Shown: one piece after another, positions 26,245 to 39,765 of the stretch
Layout of the letters: every line of letters starts with the position of its first letter
Numbering within the stretch: position 1 is the stretch's first letter
Source of the DNA: Octopus sinensis
Lineage: Eukaryota
Assembly (NCBI RefSeq): GCF_006345805.1
Contig: NC_043023.1
Span: 14,880,001-14,944,000, forward strand
DNA length: 64,000 nt
Reading direction: 5' to 3'
Notes under the pieces: generated by a model
Told to the model about the DNA's origin: nothing
Database searches by the model: none
The model's input: only the letters and a program-made list of their open reading frames with translations
Translations under genes and position numbers: made by a program

Positions 26245-29200
26245 CATAAATATGTAGAGATATTTATGTGTGCATATATATATATATATAATTATAGATA
26301 TATATGAGTGTGTGTATGTATATATATATATATATATCTGTATATGTATATAAATATTTGTGTGTGTGTATATATTTGTCTGCGTGTGTGTGTGTATATA
26401 TATATATAGATAGATAGATAGATAGATAGATATGACTCAAAGAACACATCGAGAGAGAAAAGACGCTAATTTTCTTCATTCTCTTACCAGAAGAGCGTGA
26501 CCGTCCACGCCCTCTCCCTGTCACTGCAGTGGTGTCAGTCGAGTGGAGTGTGTCTCTGACTTCGCGGTGACGCTTGTCGGCTGAGGGAGAAATGTTGGCG
26601 GTGGTGGTGGTGGTAGTGGTGGCAGTGGCGACGGTGGTGGTAGCGGTGGTGGTAGAAGTAGTAGTAGAAGTGGTAGTGGTGATGGTGGCAGTAGAAGTAG
26701 TAGTAGTAGTAGTAATAGTAGTAGTAGCAGCAGCAGCAGCGGCAGTAGTAGTAGACGTGGTGGCAGCTGCTGCAACCAGACTTCCAGGGACTGCCATAGT
26801 TGTTGATGTTGATGATGATGATGGTGGAGGTGGTGGTGGTGGTGTTGTGGTGGTTGTTGATGCTGCTGTTGTTGTTGTAGTTGTAGTTGTTGTTGCTGTT
26901 GTCAGTGCTGCTGCTGCAAGATCAGACTTGGAGGTAGAGGAGGAGGAGGAGGAGGAGTTGCGGTCCCGCCCTCTACCCCGACCCCTTCTGGACGGCGTCG
27001 GCGGCGGCGGTGGTGGTGGCGGGGGTTGTGATGGTGGTGGAGTTGGTGAAGACAATGATGGTGGAGTATGAGCTGGAGGTGGTGGTGGTGGTGGTGGTGT
27101 TGGTTGTTGTTGTTGGTGGTGGTGGTGTTGCTGCGATGGCGTCCGCGTCACCGGACTGTCCCGTGCTGTGGCGGCCGTCGTCAACGCCGCGTCTCGGCTG
27201 CCCGCCCGAGTCGCCGTGGCGGCACACGTCGACGAGTGAGCCGCACGGCGAGACGTGGTCACACCAGTAGTTGCCGTTGCTGTGGTTGTTGTTGTTGTTG
27301 CTGCTGCCGCCGCCGCAGTGGTAGTGGCGGCGGCGGTGGTAGTAGACGACGGCGGTTTTACTGACGGAGACACGTGAGTCCTTTGCCGGTGAGTACCAGA
27401 CTGCACTGACGACGAATGTGAACGAGAGGGAGGGGCAGGCTGGGGAGGAGGAGGTGGAGGAGGGGGCGGTGGTTGCGGCGGCGGTGCAGTCAACGGCGAT
27501 GCAGCAGGCACCGGGGCCGGCGCCACGGCAGCAGCCGACAGGACACCGGAAGCGGGGCCCGACGCCGCTGCCCCTGCAGGGGTGCACGCATCGTTGTTGT
27601 TGTTGTTGTTGTTGTTGCCGGTGTTGTTGTTGTTGTTGTTGTTGTTGTTCCTCGCCCTGCGCATCCTGCGCGGCGGCGTGTACACGGGTATGTTACGCTT
27701 GCGGGACTCACCCTGGGCGGTGAACAGGTGCGAGAGGCCGTCGAAGAGCCCCTTTAGCTGCCCGCTACCCGGCGGCCCCCCTGCTTTCTTCCGGCCCTTG
27801 CTCGCCTGCAGCATGCGAGACTTGCGCAGGATCTTGCTGGCAGCCTGCTGCGAATTACTCTGACACTGCGAGTTTTGCTGCACAGCCGAAAGAGATTTGT
27901 TCTGTATCTTTACACACGATGATGAAGAAGAAGGAGAAGACGAAGAAGAAGAAGAAACGGAAGAGACGGAAGGAGCTGAAGAAGAAGAGGTGGTGGTGGT
28001 GGTGTTGGTGGTTGTGGTGGTGTTGGTGGTTGTGGCATTGTCGGGGATGAGAGCAAGAGCTGGCAAAACCGGGGTCATTGATAGGGAGGAGGAAGAAGAA
28101 GAAGAGACGGAGGGGTTTGTGTTACATGTGTTCAACGACACGCGAGATTTACGTTTGTTTGAAGGGGTAAAGAAGCGGGAGAGGCCATCAAACAGCCCCT
28201 TTGGCTTGCTGCTGTTCAGCGATGACGACGAAGGCGGCGGCGGCACAGTCGGGTCCGCCTGGTCCCGGCCAGCGTTCTCCAACTCGTCGCTCTCCGACGA
28301 TGAACAGTGTTCACCATTTTGCTGAAGAGGGGGTACTTTACCAGGATGTGTTGGATGGTGGTGGTGGTCATGGTTGGAGAGCTGGCCCTTGTCGCTCACA
28401 GATGCACCGCTGCAACTGTTCAACGTAGACGACCTTCTGCTCTTCGTACTTCTCTGGGCCTTTAGTCGAGCACCTGCAGTCCCCCTTCGTGTGACCGGTG
28501 GTGTTGATGCTGTTGTTGTTGTTGTTGATGTTGTGGTTGTTGTTGCTGCTGCTGCTGTCGTTGCGGCAGGTACTGTCTGCTGCTGCTGCTGCTGCTGTTG
28601 CTGCTGCTGTTGTGTGGTTAACCGTGGACAAGTGTACTGCCTGAAGAAGGGCAAGAGATAACATTAATTACAATGAGCAACAAAACAGTAAGCTAATTAC
28701 AACAGCACAGAATCATACAAAAAGGGCCAAGTACACATCACACAGCTTCTGCACACACACACACACACACAAAGCCCTCCATAAGGAGCACACACACCTC
28801 CCACCCATTGTACACACCACAGGAAACTACCCTTGTGCAAGTGTCTTCTACTATAGCCTCGGGCGAACCAAAGTGGATTTGGTAGATGGAAACTGAAAGA
28901 AACCCGTCCTATATATGTATATATCATAATCATTTAACGTCCGTTTTCTGCGCTAGCACGCGTTGGACGGTTTGACTGAGGTCTGGGAAGCCAGGAGGCT
29001 GCACCAGGCTCCAGTCTGATCTGGTAGTGTTTCTACAGCTGGATGCCCTTCCTAACGCCAACCACTCCGCGAGTGTTGTGGGTGCTTTTAACATGCCACC
29101 GGCACAGGTGCCAGGGGAGTCTGGCAGCGGCCACGATCGGTTGGGGCTTTTAACGTGCCACCGGCACGGAAGCCAGTCAAGGCGGCGCTGAAATCGGCCA

Positions 29201-29455
29201 CGTTCGGATGGTGCTTTTTATTTATTGCCCACAAGGGGCTAATCACAGAGGGGACAAACAAGGACAGACAAAGGGATTAAGTCGATTATATACTGACCCC
29301 AGTACATAACTGGTACTTTATTTATCGACCCCGAAAGGATGAAAGGCAAAGTCGACCTCGGCGGAATTTGAACTCAGAACGTAACGACAGACGAAATACC
29401 GCTAAGCATTTCGCCCGGCGCGCTAACGTGTCTGCCAGCTCGCCACCTATATATG

Positions 29456-29487
<32 letters not shown>

Positions 29488-30426
29488 AATATGTGTATGA
29501 ATGTGTGTGTGTGTGTTTATCCCCTCAACATCGCTTGACAACCAATGCTGGTGTGTTTATGTCCCCGTAACTTAGCGGTTCGGCAAAGAACAGGAATACA
29601 AAGAATAAGTCCTGGGTTCGATTTGCTTGACTAAAATGTGGTGCTCCAGCATGGCCACAGTCAAATGACTGAAACAAGTAAAAGAGTAAGCCCCTGTACA
29701 AACCACACACAGCTTCCATGTACAGAGCATGCACAGTCCCTGTACATACCACCACAAAACCCTTACCCTTATACACAGCCCCTATATATCATATCGAAAC
29801 ACTACCCTTATACATAGCACAAACAGCCCCTATACATATATATATCAAAACACTACCCTTATACACAGCACACACACACACACACACAGTGCCCTGCCCC
29901 ACCCCACTGCACATTCCATATACACATCACACCACTTCCTCATGTATCATATACGGCCCCTCCATACACGTGCTACACACAGACACCTCCATGTATACAC
30001 CACACCACTGACCCCTGCTCTATGCATCACACATATCCGCACACCCCAATATGCACCGCACATGGATCGTGTACCCAATATGCACCATACACACAGCCCC
30101 CCCCCCCATGTACACATCACACAGGCCTCATAAAAAACCCTTACACACACCAAAGAAAACCTCCATATACACCATACACTGCCGCTATATACACGCAACC
30201 CCTAAATGCCCCACACATCAGTTTCTGTGTACAACACAAACAGCGTTCATGTACATGGCATGCACAGTCCCGTACATGCCACCACAAAGCCTTTACCCTA
30301 ATACACAGCACGTACAGCCCTTATATACATCAAAACACTATATATGCAGTACACACAGCCCCTGTATGCATCAAAACAGTACCCTTACACAGTCTCTCTC
30401 TTTTTCTCTCTCTCTCTATGTATGTA

Positions 30427-30460
<34 letters not shown>

Positions 30461-33400
30461 TATTATTAAAATTATAATTTAGGGTATCTGAGAGATACTG
30501 CCACGCTGGAAATAGCAGCCAAAACCTGACTCTAAAACCACATTAAATGTTCATACAGCACCAAGAGAGAAGACAAAAAGATAAAATAAACTAGCAAAAA
30601 ATTACTGTGGTTTTAGAGTCATGTTTTGGCTGCTATTTCGAGCGTGGCAGTATCTCTTAGATACCTTAAATTATAATCTTAATAATAATTATTACCTTCA
30701 AAGGTTTTTATTCCCATGCTGGCCACTTGATAAGATCGATATTTAAATTAACGATCTTATCCTTATTTATATGTGTATGTGTATATATATATATATATAT
30801 ATAATAACAATGGGTAAAAAGTAATTAATTAAGAAGTAATCAATTTCACCAAGTAGAATTCAGCATGAAAAAGGGACCATTTTATGGTAAACTTAAGTAA
30901 TACTTAATAATTAGGGTTCAGCAAAGATTTGCTTTACCACATACCAAAGGTTAGAAACAGCAGCCAAAACCTTAGCTATTTCTTCTACTTTAAAAAGGGA
31001 CTCCCAGAGAAACCAAAATGGATGGTCTTCAAGTATTTTGGTTTCTCTGGGAGTCCCTTTTTAAAGTAGAAGAAATAGCTAAGGTTTTGGCTGCTATTTC
31101 TAAACTTTGGTATGTGGTAAAGCAAATCTTTGCTGAACCCTAATTATTAAGTATTACTTAACCCTTATACACAGCCCCTATAAACACTAAAATACTACCC
31201 TTACACACAGCCTCTATATACATCAAAACACTACCCTTAAACACAGCCCCTCATCATCATTGTTTAACGTCTGTTTTCCATGGTGGCATGGGTTGGACGG
31301 TTTGATTGAGGTCTGAAGAGCCAGCGGCTGCACCAGACTCATGGAATGGAAGCACTCCGTCGGTTACAACGATGAGGGTTCTGGTTGATCCGAATCAACG
31401 GAACAGCCTGCTCGTGAAATTAACGTGTCAGTGGCTGAGCACTCCACAGACACGTGCACCCTTAACGTAGTTCTCGGGGATATTCAGCGTGACACAGAGA
31501 GTGACAAGGCCGGCCCCTTGAAATACAGGTACAACAGAAACAGGAAGCAAGAGTGAGAGAAAGTTGTGGTGAAAGAGTACAGCAGGGATCACCACCATCC
31601 CCTGCCGGAGCCTCGTGGAGCTTTAGGTATTTTCGCTCAATAAACACACACAACGCCCGGTCTGGCAATCGAAACCGCGATCCTACAACCGCGAGTCCGA
31701 TGCCCTAACCACTGGGCCATTGCGCCTCCACACCAGGCTCATATATATATATATATCGAAATACTACACTTGTATGCAGCACACACAGACGCTATATATC
31801 AAAATACTACCCTTGTACACGGCATACTTAGCCCCTAAATACTTCATAACAAACCTTTATATACAGTACTCATAACTTACCTCAATGAACTGTTCTTTGT
31901 AGTGGGTCGTAGGTTGACTCTATCAATGCCATTCCTGACTGGTTTTGGACTGTTCCTCGTTACCTTTGCCACCACATCACTCTCCCTTCTCCCCCGCTTA
32001 ATAATCCGAGGATCACAGATTTTACAAATCCACGCACCTAAAAAAACAGAGAAAGACATTCGAGCATTTACTTTATGAAGAAACGAAAGGTGGCTGTGCA
32101 GTCATACAGCTGTCTAGAAACAGCAGTCAAATCTCTCAATCAACACCCTTTTGCTAAATACTTCTCTTGAAATGCATTGCTTTCGTTTCAATTTCTGGAT
32201 ATAATGAAGAATTTTACTAAATTAATTGAAACAACTTAGCCATTATTAACCTGGTGTTTGGAACATTAATTAACCTGAAATTTTGATGGAAGTTTTTAAT
32301 TTAGCTCACTTTCCAAAAGGTAAGTTTGAGCATACGTTGGTGCCAAAAGAACTAAAGAGAAAAGAGCCAGAATAATAAAACTTGAATGGTGTTAAAGTAA
32401 TCCCTACTAAGAGAAAAAAATGCCCAAGAAACCTGAGACTCCCTTCGGTTACGACACAGACCATGGGATTGCACCTAGAAAGTTACCCTCCTAGGCACAA
32501 GTCTGTGCAAGGTTGTTTATGGAATGCCAGCAGTCACCCATGCATACCGGCCACCCCTCTTCACACCACCAGTGTTATCCAAGGGAAAGGCAAAGGGGCC
32601 GATACAGCTTGGCACCTGTGATGTCGCGACTCATTTCTACAGCTGAGTGAACTGGAGCAATGTGAAATAAAGTGTCTTGCTCAAGAAGTGTCTTGCCCAA
32701 GAAACCAATCTGAGCAAAATATTGAAGAATTTAGTAAAATAATTTTGTCATTAAGCTGATGTTTGTAACATTAATTAACCTGAAATTTTGATGGAAAGTT
32801 CTAAATTTAGATCACTCTAACCCTTTTGTTGAAGTTTTATTTCATAAAATAGTTGTCATTATTAAGCTGGTGTTTTGGAACTTAATGAAAAACCTTCCAA
32901 CAAAATTTCATGTTAAGATCACTTTAATACTTTTAATACCATATTTCTATTGAAGTATATCGCTTTCCTTTCAATTAATTTTAAAAATGAAGAAAGCCAG
33001 TGTTTGGAACATAAACTAGCACAAAATTCTGATGGAGGGTTTTCATTTATATCACTTTGGTTTTAATTTAAATCATAGGCGCAGGAGTGGCTGTGTGGTA
33101 AGTAGCTTGCTTACCAACCACATGGTTCCAGGTGCAGTCCCACTGCGTGGCACCTTGGGCAAGTGTCTTCTACTACAGCCTCGGGCCGACCAAAGCCTTG
33201 TGAGTGGATTTGGTAGACGGAAACTGAAAGAAGCCTGTCGTATATATGTATGTGTTTGTGTGTCTGTGTTTGTCCCCCTAGCATTGCTTGACAACCGATG
33301 CTGGTGTGTTTACGTCGCCGTCACTTAGCGGTTCGGCAAAAGAGACCGATAGAATAAGTACTGGGCTTACAAAGAATAAGCCCTGGGGTCGATTTGCTCG

Positions 33401-34605
33401 ACTAAAGGCGGTGCTCCAGCATGGCCGCAGTCAAATGACTGAAACAAGTAAAAGAGTATTTGTATTATAGAAATGGGGGCAATGCCAGGTGTATTAGCAT
33501 CAAAAGGGTTAAACATAGAGGACACATTGGATATTGTAATCTTTATAAAATATTTTTAATTGTCGGGCCTAGAAGAATGGTCTGCACCTAGAGCCTTCTT
33601 AGGTCCTCCAGTACCTGATGTTGACCCTTTTAAAGTGCCACTGATATTAGTAAAAGCAGTAAATAATATTTATGGTTTCAAATTTTGGCACAGGACAATC
33701 TGTTTTTGAGAGAAGGTGGAAGGTGATTACAACACCTATTTCTTTACTACCCACAAGGGGCTAAACACAGAGAGGACAAACAAGGACAGACAAACGGATT
33801 AAGTCGATTACATCGACCCCAGTGCGTAACTGGCACTTATTTAATCGACCCCGGAAGGATGAAAGGCAAAGTCGACCTCGGCGGAATTTGAACTCGGAAC
33901 GTAATGGCAGACGAAAAACCGCTAAGCACTTCGCCCGGTGTGCTAACGTTTCAGCCAGCTCACCGCCTTGATTACCACACCATTTAACACCCTCCTTCTA
34001 TGCTGGTTTGGGTTGGACAGTTTGATAAGTGCTGGCTCGGCAGAAGACTGCACCAGTCTTGGACGTGTCAACCCAATACTTGACTGGGGCTAATTTTATC
34101 AACCCCGAAAGGATGAAGGGCAAAGTCAGCCTCAGTGGCATTTTAACTAACTCACAAGATGCCAAGACGCATTTTTACCCAGCTAGCTAATAGTTCAGAC
34201 AGGTCAGTGCCTTATTGACAATGATAACGAAGATGATGAAGAAAATTAAAGCGTTAACCAATTAGAGAGGTACGTTACCTTTAGGCGCTCTGTGAAGTGG
34301 GGGATCACAGCATTCCATGTGGAAACCTCGGTCACATGAATCACAGAATAACATATCCTGAAGAAAAAGAAAACAATATCATAAAATATGAAGAACACAA
34401 ACATATGTATACACACACACACATATATATATATGTGTGCATATATGTGTGTGTGTATGTATATACATATATACATACATACACACACACACACATACAT
34501 ATATACACACACACACACATATATATACATATATACACACACACACATATATATACATATATACACACACACATATATATACATATATACACACACACAT
34601 ATATA

Positions 34606-34637
<32 letters not shown>

Positions 34638-36451
34638 TATATACACACACACATATATACATATATACACACACACATATATACATATATACACACACAC
34701 ATACGTATACACACACATGTATACACACACATATACACACACACATACATATATATACACACACACATACATATACAGACACATATACACACACACACAC
34801 ACATATATACACACATATATACATATACACACACATGTATACACACATGTATACATATATACATATACACACACATGTATACATATATACATATACACAC
34901 ACGTATACATATATACACACATATATATATATATAATATATATATATATAAAACATTGACTGCATGGCACCTTGGGCAAGTGACTTCTACTACAGCCTCA
35001 GGTCGACCAAAGCCTTGTGGGTGGAGTGGATTTGATAGACAAACTGAAAGAAGCCCCACTGCTTGACAACTGCTGTTGGTTTGTTTACATCCCTGTGACT
35101 TAGTGGTTTGGTAAACAGTACCCCAGCATGGCCACAGTCAGATGACTGAAGCAAGTAAAAAATATAAGATGCAGGGGTTATCTGGGCCAAGGACAGACAG
35201 AACAGCTGATGAACGGTTAGAGTGAAGAGTGAAAGGTAAAAATGGCCATGGAACGGAACCAACCTCTTTTCCTGATTTCCCACAAAAAGAACATATTTTA
35301 CATTCTATACACTGCCAACGTAACATCTTCACTTTCGATGTCAGATCTGCGGAAAATTTCAAACAAGATGGGTGACCTGCAACAAAAAAGAAAAGGAAAA
35401 AAAATTTATTAAACACAATTAACATGATTATAGGTACAGGTATGATAAGAAATTATAGGTACAGGTGTGATAAGAAATTATAGGTACAGGTGTGATAAGA
35501 AATTATAGGTACAGGTGTGATAAGAAATTATAGGTACAGGTGTGATAAGAAATTATAGGTACAGGTGTGATAAGAAATTATAGGTACAGGTGTGATAAGA
35601 AATTATAGGTACAGGTGTGATAAGAAATTATAGGTACAGGTGTGATAAGAAATTATAGGTACAGGTGTGATAAGAAATTATAGGTACAGGTATGATAAGA
35701 AATTATAGGTACAGGTGTGATAAGAAATTTGCTTCTCAATCACATGGTTCTGGGTTCAGTCCCACGGCATAGAACCATAAGCTAGTGTCTTTCGCTATAG
35801 CCTCAGGCCAACTAAAGCCTTTTGAGTGGATTCGGCAGGCAGAAACTGAAAGTAGCCCCTTGTGTATGTGTGTGTAGTCAATTCAAATAAACGAATCATC
35901 ATCACCATCATCATTTAACGTCCGTTTTCCATGCTAGCATGGGTTGGACGGTTCGACTGGGGCCTGGGAAGCCAGGAGGTTGCACCAGGCTCCAGTCTGA
36001 TCTGGCAGTGTTTCTACAGATGGATACCCTTCATAATGCCAACCACTCCGTGAGTGTAGTGGGTGCTTTTTACATGCCACCAGTACAGGTGCCAGGCAAG
36101 GCTGTCAACAACCATGATCAGTTGGTGCTTTTTACATGCCACCGGCACGGAAGCCAGTCAAGGCGGCGCTGGCATCGGCCACGTTCAGGTGGTGTCTTTT
36201 ACGTGCCACCGGCACAGGTATCACAACTACAATTTCCTTTTGATATTTATTTTGATGTGATGTACTTGACTCAATAGGTCTGCTCAAGCACAAGGTCTCC
36301 AGACAACAAGTGGATGTGCACAAGGAGTGTAATAGCTTGACACTTGGTTAAAAAGAGAGAGTTTTTGACAATTCAAGCATAGCTCTTCATCGGAAAGGAG
36401 AAAGTCCAAACAGGAAAAGAAATTGCCAACAGTACTTATGTAGTTACATTG

Positions 36452-36485
<34 letters not shown>

Positions 36486-38041
36486 CAAACAAAATCTACT
36501 GTGCTGACCTCCCAAAGTCTGTGATCAGGAATGGGGTATTAGAAAATCTTCCCAGAGACAGTGAGGAATGCATATTACAGGTTCCAGAGCCACCTTGAGG
36601 CCATGATGGAAGCCGAAGGTAGCTACTTTGAGTAATCTGTTATCTCCCATCCATAATTTAGTTGATATTTTTTTTAATTTTTAAAATACTTTTATTTATA
36701 TATGTATGCATGCATACATATATACACACATAACAGAGCTAATAGTGAGGGATTATCAATCCGGGCCTTAGACCAACTGAATAGACCTATCAGTAATGTA
36801 CCTATAATGACTACTGGAAACAACTGTGAGCCAAGTTTGCTCTAATAAAGGAAAAATATGTAATCGCCATTATTTTTAACTTGTCATATATATATGAATG
36901 TATTAGTAAAATAAGAAATAGAAAGTTCTTGGTACAGCATTATATCTTTGAAAAAATTTAATAGAAATAGCTTTTTTGATATCTTTTCCATTTAATAATT
37001 AAATCATCATCATCATCGTTTAACGTCTGTTTTCCATGCTAGCATGGGTTGGACGATTTGACTAAGGACTGGCAAACCAGATGGCTGCACCAGGCTCCAA
37101 TCTTGATGTGGCAGAGTTTCTACAGCTTGATGCCCTTCCTAATGCCAACCACTCCAAGAGTGTAGTGGGTGCTTTTATGTGCCACCGGCACAAGGGGCAG
37201 TGAGGTGGTACTGGCAACGGCCACACTCAAATGGAGTTTCTTACATACCACCTGCACAGGAGCCAGTCCAGCGGCACTGGCAACGACCTCGCTAGAATGT
37301 TTTTTCACGTACCACCAGCACAAGTGCCAGTAAGGCGACACTGGTAACAATCATGCATGAATAGTGCTTTTTACATGCCACTGGCACGAAAGCCAGTCAG
37401 CTGCTCTGGCAGCGATCACGCTCAGATGGTGCTCTTAGGCGCTCCACTAGCATTGATGCCAGTCATCGAATTTGATTTCGATTTCACTTGCCTCAATAAG
37501 TTTTTGCAAGCAGAGTTTAGTGTCCAATGTTTATAAATAATTGTAATTATTGTAAACACCAAATAATTTATAAACATCTAATTCGTTAGAGTGGAAAAAT
37601 TATAAGCAAATCTATTTCTATTAATTTTTTTCAAGTGTGTGTGTGTGTGTTTTTTTTCCTTTCCCGTTTATGCAAACTGTCAAATGAAGCCCAAACACCC
37701 TGCAGTTCTGGATACACTATGTCTGGACATTGGGATGGTCAAGCCTATCACAGCTTTGATCAACACTCAGCTGGATAGAAGCTGGCCCCAGGCTAAACAA
37801 CAGCAACAACAAAGATTACACTAGGGACATCAGGAATGAATGAATGAATAAATAGGTCCTTTGGATGAAATTTGAGCTAGGGCTGAACAACAGCGATGAC
37901 AAGGGGTCAAAGAAGCGATACTTACCACTATTGCCACAATCAGCACAGGAGATCAATTCCTCCGGAATGCTATCTCTGTTCTGCTCCACAGTTCCCAAAC
38001 AAAAGCTACAAAGGGGAATTGGTAACGCTCTCTTCTGTAAC

Positions 38042-38072
<31 letters not shown>

Positions 38073-39729
38073 ATATTTAGTGAATTATCCAAAACTAGCC
38101 ATCATTTTATCATCATTTTAATGTCAACCTTTTCCATGCTCACAGAAATCATCATCATCACCATCATCATCTAACATCCGATTTCCATGCTAGCAATGGG
38201 TTGAACGGTTCGACCGGGCCCTGGGAAGCCAGAAGGCTGCACCAGGCTCCAGTCTGATCTGGCAGTGTTTCTACAGCTGGTTGCCCTTCCTAATGCCAAT
38301 CACTCCGTGAGTGTAGTGGGTGCTTTTTATGTGCCAGGCGAGGCTGGCAACGGCCACGATCGGTTGGTGCATTTTACGTGCCACCGGCACGGAAGCCCGT
38401 CAAGGCGACGCTGGCATCAGCCACGATTCGGATGGTGCCTTTTACGTGCATCGGCACAAGGATCACAATGGAGTATACCAAGGCATTTTTCTATGGCCAG
38501 TTGAGCCCTTTTCAAGCCTAGCCAGGCTCATGGGCCTAGAAAGTTCCCCTCCAAGGCACAAGGCTGTCTATGAAAAACCAGCAGTCACCCATGCATACCA
38601 GCCTCCCTTCTCCATGCCGCCGATGATATCCAAGGGAAAGGCCGATACAGCTTGGCACCAGTGAGGAGTCACAACTCATTTCTATTGTTTAGTGAACTGG
38701 AGCAACATGAGATAAAATGTCTTGCCTAAGAACTCAATACAGTGCCAGGTCCGGGAATCAAACTCACCACCTAGCCATGTGCCTTTACTGACTGTGAGCC
38801 TGACACTAACCAAATACTATTAGTAAAATACAGAAAACATATTCAATACTTTTTCTTAGCTAGGTTCATGGGCCTGGTTTTCCCAGTTTATATGGCGTAT
38901 GTATCCCCTCCCAGCTGGACAGGACGCCAGTCCATCGCAGCATTACCCAAGAAACAGGAAGAAAGAAAGTTGGGGTGAAAGAGTACAACAGGGGTCGCCA
39001 CCACCCCCATGTCGGAGCTTCGTGGAGCTTTAGGTGTTTTCGCTCAGTAAACACACATAACGCCCGGTCTGGGAATTGAAACCGCGATCCTCCGACAGCG
39101 AGTCTGCTGCCCTAACTACTGGGCCATTGCGCCTCCACAATAAATGCGCTCTTTTTAAAGCCTAGCCAGGCTCATGGGCCCAGTTTCCAGGTTTCTATGG
39201 TGTATGTGTTCCCCCCAGCTGGACGGGACGCCAGTCCATCGCAGCGTTACTCAAGAAACAGGAAGAAAGAATGAGAGAAAGTTGGGCGAAAAAGTACAAC
39301 TGGGGTCGCCACCCCCACCCCCGCTGGAGCCTCGTGGAGCTTTAGGCGTTTTCGCTCAATAAACACACACAACGCCCAATCTGGGAATCGAAACCGCAAT
39401 CCTCTGACCGCGAGTCCACTGCCCTAACCACTGGGCCATTGCACTTCCTCATTCAATACTTTATACTTTATAAAATATACAAAAACACACATTTTAGGGC
39501 AATTAATAGTTAATTTACGAGAAGTTTTATAACATTTAAAATACCAAATGTAATTATATTATTTATATAGGTGGAAGCATGGCTGTGTGGTAAGAAGCTT
39601 GGTTCCCAATCACATGGTTCCGAGTTCAGTCCCACTGTGTGACACTTTGGGCAAGTGTCTTCTACTATAGCCTTAGGCTGACTAAAGCCTTGTGATTGGA
39701 TTTCGTAGATGGAAACTGAAAGAAGCCTG

Positions 39730-39765
<36 letters not shown>

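Noticed and set aside
26521-28664. Alternative-frame and antisense ORFs over exon 6
   Set aside because: They are by-products of GC-rich triplet repeats in the KAT6 frame and show no recognisable domains.
35431-35729. CRISPR-like periodicity (also the 146-bp array)
   Set aside because: Units are contiguous with no unique spacers, there are no cas genes, and the context is a eukaryotic intron.
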